Source: Psammoneis japonica
Taxonomy: Eukaryota
DNA length: 64,000 nucleotides
Assembly (NCBI GenBank): GCA_008632985.1
Contig: QPGO01000060.1
Span: 62,001 to 126,000, forward strand
Direction: 5' to 3'
This document shows, piece by piece, positions 12,746-23,300 of this stretch. Under the pieces are notes generated by a model that saw only the letters and a list, made by a program, of their open reading frames with translations, did not search any database and was not told the origin of the DNA. Numbering within the stretch: the stretch's first letter is position 1; each line of letters starts with the position of its first letter. Both the position numbers and the translations under genes were made by a program.

Positions 12746-12758
12746 ATGTCCATTGACC

Positions 12759-14660
12759 ATGGGGAGCGGCACGACCTTTTCTCAATACAACAACGGCAGA
12801 CGGTTCCTATTTGTCTTTTTGTTGTTTGTAGTTACTCTGGTATTGAGAATTGCCGTAAATGTTCCAGGTGGCAGCAGCAGCGTCTCTCCAAGCAACGCGA
12901 AAAACGAAAGTACTATTGATTCGTCGGCTTGGAAGTACACAGGCGACGATGATCCGACCTTACCCAAGCCGTGGGTAGCGTCTGCCACCAAGTGGTGGAA
13001 TGTGCACAATACTCTTGTTCAAGAAGTAAAATCATCATCATCATTGAATCATCCAGAGCTGATTTTCTATGGCGATAGCATTACCGAGTCTTGGAGAGGA
13101 CAGACCTTTGGCAGTCTTCCCGGTCCGGGGAGAAAGTGGAAGCCAGGTGAAGCGCAGCAGATTCGCGACATTTTCAAAAAATACTTTGGAAATGCATTAG
13201 CTCTTGGTATTAGTGGAGATCAGACGCAGCACTTGTTGTGGAGAATGCAAAATGGAGAGTTTCCAGACTTCAATTCTACTCAAAAAAAGGTCTTTGTTGT
13301 CATGATTGGAACAAACAATATCGGTGGCGGGACTTTACCAGATGACACGGTTCGTGGCATTGATGCGGTTGGTCAGTATATTTTAGAAAAGGGTGACCAT
13401 GATTTGCTGCTGAACCAAGTCTTGCCTCGCTATGATTCTCAACGTGTCCAACGGCTTTGCCCGCCACGGTGCAACAAGAACGGAGATCCCTTCCAGTCAT
13501 TTTTGCCTGCAATTCATAAAGTCAATGATGCTCTGCCAACTTTGGTGGAAAGGTGGAGAGAGGATTACAACAATAAGGATCAGCGGATTGCAGTATCGTC
13601 GTGTGGATCAAACATTTTCACACCCGACGCCGTGGAACAAGTCATGCCGGATCACTTGCATCCAAACTCACAAGGGCATGAATTATGGGCAAAGTGTCTG
13701 TCCAAGCACATTGCAATGCTTAAATCAAACAACTCTCTTCCATTGGTGTTGACAGAGGATGGGGGCGATGACAAGAAGAAACGAGATTCACTGCCGACAA
13801 CAATGACAAGGCATGATCGGTGGTACGAGCTACATGACTCGTTGGTAAAAGAAGTGGAGGCATCAGACAAGGCAATAGAAAAGGAGGCAGACGGACCACC
13901 ACAGCTTGTGTTTTACGGCGACAGCATAACAGAGTCTTGGAGGGGAACAGGATTTGGCAGTCTCCCGGGCCCATCGCGACAATGGCATCCGGGCGAGGAT
14001 GACGAGATTCGACAGGTATTTTCGAACTACTTTACCAACATAACGTTTGGCAAAAATGAAGAATCCAACTCGGCGCCACTTGTACTGGCAATTGGTGGAG
14101 ATCGAATTCATCAGTTGCTCTACAGAATGAAACACGGAGAGTTCCCTACTTCCAACAGGACTCGAATTTTCATCGTTTTGATTGGAACCAACGACTTGAG
14201 TAGAGGCATGCTGCCTTCCAAGACGGTTGAAGGCATTCGTGACGTGGGCCAGTACATTTTAGAGCGAGACGGACAATCTCATTTGTTGCTTTGCGAATTG
14301 CTTCCTCGATTTGACTCGTACATTGTCAAGGGCGTCTGTCCACCACTTTGTGACAAGGATGGAAGGCCCTTTCGATCCTACACACCTGTCATTAAACAAG
14401 TCAATGATCAACTTGCAGGTCTCGTGAAACAATGGAGACAGAGCTTGGACACTAAGATTCAAAGAATTGCTGTTTCATCTTGTGGATCTTCTATTTTCAC
14501 CCAGGACAACATGGAACAAGTCATGCCGGACAGATTACACCCGAATGCTCGTGGACTCGAACTATGGGCTCAGTGTCTTTCCAAACATTTAATTCGTCTC
14601 GTGATGCAAGATCCTTTGCCATTGGTTCTATTCAACGACAACAAAACCCGAGCGAGATAA
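12759..14660 (+). CDS. Membrane-anchored protein with two tandem SGNH/GDSL hydrolase domains (PAF-acetylhydrolase IB-like)
   Basis: Probable ATG at 12759 followed by a hydrophobic stretch. Two complete motif sets: FYGDSITE, G(I)SGD/GGD, IGTN and MPDxLHP. Confidence 0.92.
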   Translation: MGSGTTFSQYNNGRRFLFVFLLFVVTLVLRIAVNVPGGSSSVSPSNAKNESTIDSSAWKYTGDDDPTLPKPWVASATKWWNVHNTLVQEVKSSSSLNHPELIFYGDSITESWRGQTFGSLPGPGRKWKPGEAQQIRDIFKKYFGNALALGISGDQTQHLLWRMQNGEFPDFNSTQKKVFVVMIGTNNIGGGTLPDDTVRGIDAVGQYILEKGDHDLLLNQVLPRYDSQRVQRLCPPRCNKNGDPFQSFLPAIHKVNDALPTLVERWREDYNNKDQRIAVSSCGSNIFTPDAVEQVMPDHLHPNSQGHELWAKCLSKHIAMLKSNNSLPLVLTEDGGDDKKKRDSLPTTMTRHDRWYELHDSLVKEVEASDKAIEKEADGPPQLVFYGDSITESWRGTGFGSLPGPSRQWHPGEDDEIRQVFSNYFTNITFGKNEESNSAPLVLAIGGDRIHQLLYRMKHGEFPTSNRTRIFIVLIGTNDLSRGMLPSKTVEGIRDVGQYILERDGQSHLLLCELLPRFDSYIVKGVCPPLCDKDGRPFRSYTPVIKQVNDQLAGLVKQWRQSLDTKIQRIAVSSCGSSIFTQDNMEQVMPDRLHPNARGLELWAQCLSKHLIRLVMQDPLPLVLFNDNKTRAR

Positions 14661-14841
14661 TGCAATGCTCGCGGAAGTGGTCCCCAGAACTTAGCATGCT
14701 GAGCATGATGCGATGTCAACAAAGCTTAGATGCCTTTAATGCCAAATGACTGTTGGAATCTTTAAACTTAAACTGTAGTAAAACTGCAATAGGAGAAGCA
14801 AGGAAACACCAGTTTCTTCTGATCAAAAGTTGTCCTCGGTT

Positions 14842-17300
14842 CTAGTTCTCCTCCATGGGTGCGTTGTTCGCGAACGGCAGTTGGGTTTGGAAGTTTTCGA
14901 TGACTCACTGTCGGGTGAATTCGAAAGGGGAAGGGGCAGCATTCGAAGCTCGCAGTGAGTGTAAGTCGCCACTCCGATGCGACAGAGGAAATGCGATGGC
15001 TCGATTCATTTCACAGGTTTCGCGTCTTCAGGCATCAAGATGAGCCGTCAGTTGCTCCCAAGGCCATTTTGGAAAAGGGACATGGCCCTGGCTCATTGTT
15101 GATGATCTCAATTTATTCCGATTGCTCATTCCAAGGATTCTTCATTTGAATGACTTGACGAGCGTGATGACATCAGCGACACATCGAGTGACAATGCAGA
15201 CATCTCAGGGTCTTGAGGAGCATCAACAGCTTTCGCACCATTCACAGCTGTTGGCAAGGTGCAGGTGGCTTCATCAGACTTGGCTTTTGCAATTGGAGCC
15301 CCTGTGACTCCGATGTGACCAACCTTTTGGCTGGCACCATCTGCAGCCCAGCTGCAATGGTGGATCCCATGTGTCAAGACTTGTTTCTTAAATATTGCTT
15401 GAGGGCCCGACAAACCTTCGGTCCCACAATCGCCAGCAGACTGGCAGTTGAGAAGATCCAGATCAACAACGTGTGCCCAAAATGCATGGCATCAACCAGC
15501 GAGTCATCAAGAATTGTCAACACAAGAACAGCAACACCGATTGCATGTGCTTGAATTTGAGCACAAATCACAAACAAAATGTTGTGTGGGGCTGTGTTGC
15601 TCAAAAGCTTGTGCCAGATGTCAATTGTTTTGAAAGAACACCATGCTGCCACCAGTGCTTCTGCAAATGTGAGAAGCCCAATCCAAGAACCAAGTGAAGC
15701 CCATGTGTGATCACTGGTGCATTCTCCATGTGCTTCAGAAGTTACTTCTGAGATCTGTGCATGCTCCCACATCCACAGATCAACAGCTGCCCACAGAATT
15801 AAACAATGATTGCTGTGACAAAAACAATGAGTGGGTTCATCAGCTGCTTGTCAGTGGGCTTTGTGTTCACTAAAATTAAAGCAACTGGTTGAGTGGCAAG
15901 GCCTTGGTCACAAGTGCCATGAATGCAACAATGTCAACAATGTGGCTGACAAAGAAAAACCAAGGTGCCCCCATGGATGCTGCATCAAGCTAACTGTCTG
16001 ATGCTCCCACGTTTTCATCACACGATGGCCTGAAAATCATGGCTGGGTTTGTGATGAGCAAACCCATGTGCAAAAGGAAGAAAAAGAAGAATGGCTGTTT
16101 TTTGCTGACCAAAGCCACTCCATTTGGTCAAACACCAATGCCCCTGTTGACAGCCTGTCCAAGGAAGATCCTTCCTCCACCTCATCAAACAAGTCATTGA
16201 GTCAATGGCCCACATGAAGAGGAGCTTGTTTTGGCAAGATGATGCAGAGGCAAGCTTCTCTCAGTGGGTCTTGCCCCATTGAGTGCTTCAGCCACATTGT
16301 CCAACACTTTCAGACATGATGGTGGAAGTTCAAAATGACAGTCACAACACCTGTCTGCCAAAGGCTTCTTGCCACAGCTGCACTTGCATGTCTTCCCTCT
16401 TTTTCAAAGGTTCACACCAAAAAAGTTGGAGTTTTTGTCCACAATTTTGACTGGCTCTTTTGCCAAATCACTCAAGCTGTCATGACCACAATTTGCAACA
16501 GTGACAAAGTGCCACCCCTCTCATTGGAGAAGCTTCTCCATCACCTTTATTTGGCCTTCAGCAACAACACTGTGGAAATGACCTTGTCTCCATCATTGGT
16601 GAATTTGTCAAGTTCTGTGGCACAAAACAAGAGGTTGGTTTCAAGAGCTCTGCCATCCCAAGCAGGGTTTGCAATTGACATGTGTGGCTTGACTCCTCCA
16701 ACATGGAAAAAGCTGCAAACAGCCCTGCAAATGTTGTTGTTGTGTGAAGTTGTTGGGGTTGTGTTTTTCCACACAGAAACTTGCCTTTCCACAATGTCGG
16801 CGCCATTTGACCTCAAAGGCTTGTCATTGAGATCAACAAAAACATAAAATCATTGGGATGCTCCTCCAAAAAGCATTTGCAAAAAAGCCCCCCCTTGTTC
16901 TCCTTAGCTGAGCAGGTTGCTTACATTGTTTGCCAGGATGGAAGCATTGAAAGCTTCACAAAGTTTTGAGTGGAATGTTTCTACAACAAATTTATTTTGC
17001 TTGGAAATTGCAATGGCATTGGGGATGGAAAGTGTTTTCACATTGTGCAATTGCACAATGCATTCAAGTTGCCTGAAGACAGACAAGAAATTTGCTGAAA
17101 CCAGAAACACAATGAGAACAATTGGTGCTGTCAGTTTCAGAGTCGGCAGCTTTTGCTCTTTAGCAGCCTCACTCATCATTGCATTGCTTTTCCTCCCTTT
17201 GATCACCTCAATCCAATCACACTGCAAGCTTTTGGGGCTTGGTCAGAAATCAAATCATTCAGAATTGAGTTGCACTGCAGTTTGAGTCATGAAATTGTTG
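14842..17300 (-). pseudogene. Hypermutated class C (GABA-B-like, 7tm_3) GPCR pseudogene; ends approximate
   Basis: Fragments in the expected order: QPFFFFFLLHMG...SCDENVGASDS*LDAA, PWFFFVSHI...ALVTK, WEHAQISEVTSEAHGECTSDH and FGHTLLIWIFSTASLLAIVGPKV. Stops, frameshifts and no Tyr. Family recognised from memory, not by a search. Confidence 0.7.
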
Positions 17301-20300
17301 AAAATGCCACCCCCCAATTGGAGCACATTGCAATGGCAACCAGGGACACAAATGTCCCTGGACGGCAACAACAGCCAGCAGACAGTCAAAAGAGTGGAAA
17401 GACTGCAGGAGCCACATGACTTGTCCTTGGAGCTGCAAAAGCTGGACACATCTGTGGGAGCACCCCCAGCAGCCCCAGCAACAACCACAACAACCTGTGC
17501 CAGGCGCAGGCAGTGCAGCCATTGCTGGCACAGTGGCAGCCACCTTCACAGAGCCAACACCACCGCTGACAGCACAGCCAGCATTTTGACCAGTGGTGTT
17601 TCATGGCCAAGTCACTGTGTGCCACCAGCTTTTTGCTGACACCACTGCAAAGACCCCTCAAAGGATCAGTGTCTAGCCCAGCAGTGTGTGCAGCCCATGA
17701 GGAGGCCCCACTCAAAGGGAGTGCACCCCGAGGAGCTGGCACTCAGTCATGGCATGTGACATGCCAGCACACCCATGCAACAAAATTTGCTTGAGGAAGA
17801 ACAAAGCACACCCACATGTGTGCATCATTGGGAAGGTGCAGCTGAGCATGGTGCCATTGCCTTTCAATGGAAGTGTGTGCTTGTGAAAGATGTGTGCAGC
17901 AGGCAAGCCCTGCAAGCCATGGCATGGCCCCAGGATGCGCACCACACATCATCAATGCCACACAAGCACTCTTGCCACAGTTGTTTTGATCAGCTGCCAG
18001 TGGTGGACCTGGCACTGGCGACAGTTGAGCTCTTCTTTGAAAAATTCATGTCTGGAAAGCCCCCATGCTTCCACCAAACAAGTGCTGTCTGCTGTTGTTT
18101 GGCACAGGGATGCTGTCACAAAGGCCAGCAAGGGAGAGAATTGGAAGAGCCTTTGCAAGTGAAGACTGGGCTGCTGACCATCTCAGCCCCTTCATTGACT
18201 GACTCTGATGTGCACCCACCTGCCACCCAGCAAAAGCCAGCAACCAGCCTTTGGTCCACCCACCTGTGTCACCTCCCATTGTGGCACCCTTGTTGGACAC
18301 ACAAGCTTTCAGTGCATGCTGGTGTGTGTGCTGATTGTCAGAGATCTGCCAGATCTTGCCACCATGTGGTTCTTGCAGCAGGAGTCCAGCAGATTGCAGC
18401 AGGCCCAAACACACTTGTTGCAGACACATGTGCTGCCCAATTTCAGGAAAAGACCAACAATGATGGGGGCATGAGTGAAGTCATGCACCAACGGTTCACT
18501 GCAGCTGCAGAGGCAGATGCATGCACCACAGTCAGGCAGCATGGGGACAAGACCTCCTGCCAGCACACATGGCAGCTGTGGGCATGCACCAAGAAGGGTG
18601 GCACCCATGCTGCCATGCAGACACATGTGCAGGGCACCTGTGAGCAGCTGGGGTGCCCGCATTTCACCATCAGGATTTTGTCCACATCACCAAAGAAGGC
18701 AACTGAAGTGCATCTCAGCTTGCCACTGCCAGACAACTTGCCAGAGGGGATCAAACCGTGCGTTGTTGGCTGTGTCAGCCAAAGCTTGGTGGCACCAAGT
18801 GTCACAGTCATGCAGACCACATGGGGTCCTCCACAAGTGATGTGGCCATGCTGCTGTGCAAGCAAAGACCACTTGCCAGTGGGCATGAGCCCCGTGGGTG
18901 ACACCACTGGGAGCATGCTGTCCAGCAGAGTTGAAGTGGGCATGCCCCAGGCAAACGGCATTGCAGCACCTCACCCCATGCTGCTCTTTGTTTGAGAGAC
19001 ACAGCTGTTCACAAATGGCTGGTTCTTGTGAGCAGCAAATGGATTTGCTGGCTCCAGCCTCCATTCCTCCACATGTTGGCAGAGCATGACATTGCACATG
19101 TGGGCACTCCCACTGTTGTGAAAGAAGGCATCATTTTCCCAAAACATTGTCCAAGAAACAGGAAAGCACTGAGTTGTTGACACAAATGACAAGACTGTTT
19201 TGGCAGCATGCACAAGTTGTGCCCCAGCCATCCTTCAGGCACTCCTCATCCTCAGGCATGGATTTTGAATGCTGTCATGATGCTTGAATTGCAGCTTTGA
19301 AATGTGACCAAGTGAGTGTGGGATGAGGGTCACAGTTTGGCTGCAGTGGGGCTTCTGGTTTGATCAAAAATTGATGCCTGCAATGTGATGACTGCCACAA
19401 ACATGTCTGACCCACGGTGTGACAGGTTAGAAAGAGACAAGGGCACACTTTCTGTTGCTGAAGAAAAAGTGCCATCTGCCTCAGTCATGATCACAATGAT
19501 GACTGATTGTTCCAAAGCATCTTTGCAGTTTGACAACAAGCATGAATCAAGTGCTTCTTTGACAATAAATGAATGAAGCAGCCTTCCACATCCTCACCAC
19601 AATGGTGCAATTGCAATTGAAGTTTCATCAAAATTCAATGCAAGAGGACACAAACAATGCAGCTGCACCTCCCAGCACAGCTGCAGTTCCTGAAACACAA
19701 CCAGCAATCTCAGAGGATCCACATGGAGCTTCACTCCACCACACATTCCATCTCTGTGGCACTTGCTTTGCTGGTGAAAGACAGCCAAAGCATGAAGGCC
19801 AAAGCTCTGGAAGAGTGATTTCAACAAATCAAAGACATGTTGACAGACATGCAGCAGCAACCAAACAAAGATTCATCAGACACTGCCACAGCCACCTCTT
19901 CCACACCAGAGAATGCCTGGCAAACTCAAGATGAAGCTTCATGCCCTGGTTTTCTTTCTCAATGCCTTGAGTCTGTCAGATCAAGAAATGTGACAACAAG
20001 CTCTGAGCAGTGGCATCTTGAGCCACCTGTGGAGAATCCAAGTCTCTTGAGAGGGGCTTCTTCTTGTTTTCAGGACCCACCTGCCAGTGGCAACAGGTCT
20101 TGGGAGAAGGATCCTAGAAGTGATGAGCAGACAATCAGCGATGCAAAAGACTGGAAACTGTCATGCAGGAGCACCAACTCCACTGTGGAAGAAACTCAAG
20201 ACAAGGCAGTGGAGGTAGAGAATGGCTCTTTTGAGCATGCCAAAACAAGAAAACTTTCTGTCAGTTCTGGTGTCACATTCTCTGGTGAGGATCCCATGGA

Positions 20301-20328
20301 AATTCTTGTTCGCCAGTTTGACAAATGA
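17300..20328 (+). pseudogene. Hypermutated former coding sequence(s) of unknown identity
   Basis: Long Tyr-free frames (17775-18995, 19837-20328) with protein-like stretches inside the TA/CG-depleted block. Confidence 0.3.
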
Positions 20329-20329
20329 A

Positions 20330-23300
20330 CCCTTCACCATGACATCGAACCACATTCTCCATGTGCAAAGGTGAGTGTAAAACATGCTGTGATCACACAC
20401 ACTAGAGAAAGACTGGAAGAAAGCATGTGACATCATGTCACTGCATTCAAGAAGTGAGCACACCCTGTGGGCAACATTGAATGTTCCTCATCAAAAATTC
20501 CTTGTTCAACTTACAAATTCTTTTAAGCTAATTTCACAAGGTAAATTCTTCAGTTCCCTCAAGTTGATGAGGTGAATGTCAAATCAGCTTGACTGAATTT
20601 ACACTCTGGCCACATTCAGGTGCTCAAATGCAACAAGGGAACCCCAACAACCTTCTGCAAACCCAATGGGACAAGGGAACCAGATTGGTTGTGCCACAAA
20701 CTTGGCTCCAAAGACCAAGGTTTCAATGGCACTTTGTCATTTGGAAACCACCGTGACCAGGTGCAGAACAACCTCCTTGCCTGGGGGTTTTGGTGCATTG
20801 TCGGGGACTGTGCCTCCTTGACATCCCCACAATGTGACTTCCAGTCACATTCTTTGAAGTCGGACATGTCCATCTCTGGAGGCATTGGATCAAACACCAA
20901 CCTTGCATCATGTCTGGCCTTGAGGTGTCTGCAGCACACATGTGGGATGGCTTCGAGGTGGCCCTCCCTTGGCATGGTGTGAGGGAGGAGGCAAGCTTGG
21001 AAACCTCAGTGATGAGATCTGTGCATCCAAGTTCAATGATCCAGTGCAGGACACCTGCCTGTGACAGGCAAAACTGAGCCTTGTCTGCATCAAGCTCAGG
21101 TGTGGCATCAATTTTGGGATGACAGTCACAGAGGAAGGCACCATTGCCCTGCGGGGCAAGGTCTGTCCCAGTCTCTTTTCAGCTGAGTGCACCTTGACAT
21201 TCCTGATGGCCTGCTGGATGCACTTGCTGGAGCTCATGCCCCAAGCGTGGACACCATTTGGCAACTGCACTTTGTGCACCTTGGCTCTAAAATGCATCTC
21301 AGGTTTGCCAATCAAGCCAGCCTTCTTCGTGAAGTAATGGCCCATCTCTTTTAAGGCACATGTGGCATCATGGTGCACCATCGTCAACATGCAACAATGC
21401 ATGGGCATGGCATCAAAACCTGCCATTGGGTCTCACTTCCTCCTTCATCCAGACATTGTGATCTGCCAGACATGGTGGCCATCCCAACAAGTGCTGCATG
21501 CATGAGGCCAAATGGTTTCTGAAGGATGCACCAGCACACTCTTTGGACCATGTGGAGCATGCTTGATGATTGCTTTCTTCCCTGCATTGTGGGGCCGAAC
21601 TCTGGGCCTGGAGTTGTGGTGATCTTTTTGCTGTTTGGAGCAGTGACACCTGCGTTCTTGATGTCCACTGCTTTAAGTAACCTCAAGGTTGTTGAGGGCA
21701 GCAAGGGTGAATGCAATCCTGATGCTCTTGTGAGATGCAACACTGGTGCATGTCACCGCAGCTGGGGGCTCAGTGGTGTGACCTCCCACAATGCAGCAAG
21801 CCTTTTGCCTGAAGTCCTGAAGCTTGATGTTGAAGACCAAGTGACATCAGATGTGCTGGTGGCCTGCTGGCATTTCATTGTCATCTGTGACCACAAAGGC
21901 CTTCTTGACAATGCCCATCTCCTTGTCAATGGTGTCCTGCAATTGGTGGTCCCTGTTTGCCTTGTCAATCTGCACTGCTCAATCACAAGTTTTGGGAACA
22001 TGCACCCCCCTCCCCACTTGTGAGTTTGCTTGTGGCAATGCTTGTTAACCATGGCAACCATTTGTTTGTGCTTCTTGAAGGCACACAGGACCCACCAGGC
22101 AAGAAAGGCAGGCTCATCTTCAACACATTGTGCCCTGGCATGTTCAGCCAGTTCTGTTGGGTTTGACTCCTTCAAATCTGCAAGCCGTTCCCATGAAGTG
22201 GCACTGTCCCTCCAACGCACACAGAGGTGCCACCCTTTGGTTGTCTTTCATGTGAATCAGTGTCCTCTGCTGTCTTGAGAGACAGCATCTGCCTTCTGGC
22301 CCACGTGTCCATCACTTTTGTGGTCCATGATGGCATCCAGCAGCAGATGCTGATTGCCTTCATTGTCACACTGGGTGATCATGTTTTCAGTTGTGATGTT
22401 GGCTGCCAACTCAGTCTCCTGATCATCAGGGAACTCCGCCTCATGGACTCTGGCATCTGGGATGGGATTGGTGTTGGCCAGTCCTGCTGGTGTGCCATCT
22501 GGGTTGAGCTTCTGCCATTTGACCTCACCAGTCTGGTGAGTGTCCCCGCAGGGTGGCAACACCTCAGCATTCACATGGATGTTGTAAGCTGCATCTGGCA
22601 GTGCATCCTTGTCCAGGGCACTGGATGCAGAACATCTTTTTCAGAATCATCCTTGCATGGGTCAAAGGTGGGTGCAACAGCATTGGGGTCATCTGTGCCA
22701 TCAACGGTCATTCCAGGGCCGAACTTGGCTTGTACAACAGCATTGAACTCACCCCACAATGCCATTCCTTGGGGTTGATGGGCCCACAGGATGATCTGTG
22801 GACAACCTGTCTGTTCTCCTTGAGCATCTTTGCGGCTGTTGCTGGTCCTGCATCCCTGCTTGGGCCTGAGCACCTCCCTGAGACTCCTTTGTCTTTGGGG
22901 AACAGGACAGCCGTGTCCCCAAACATGACCCAGTCATGCCATCCAACCTTGCACATGTGCAAAATGTCAGTGGTCTGTCATGACACAGCTGTCTCCGCAC
23001 TTTGCCATCAAGCTCATGAAATTCATGCATGGCATTGGACAGGATCAGAGCTTCAAGTTCAAGGCAATCATCTCAAAGACATTTGGGTGCTTGAGTCTTG
23101 ACCATCTTGCATCCCATCCCATGCTTGAGTTCAAGGACAGTGCCCTCAGCAAAGTTAGACCAAGGGGTGTGCAATTTGGTCTGTCAAGTGTGACAGTTGG
23201 CCTCCCTGGCCTTTGTCTCAAATTGACCAAACGTCTCTTCTTTTGTGCCATCTGCAATCATTGTGTCAGACACCCCATCCTGGGTGAAGAACAGGGACAG

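Noticed and set aside
12558..12758. N-terminal 67 aa of the 700-aa ORF
   Set aside because: It starts at a non-ATG codon within retroelement sequence; ATG 12759 precedes the membrane anchor.
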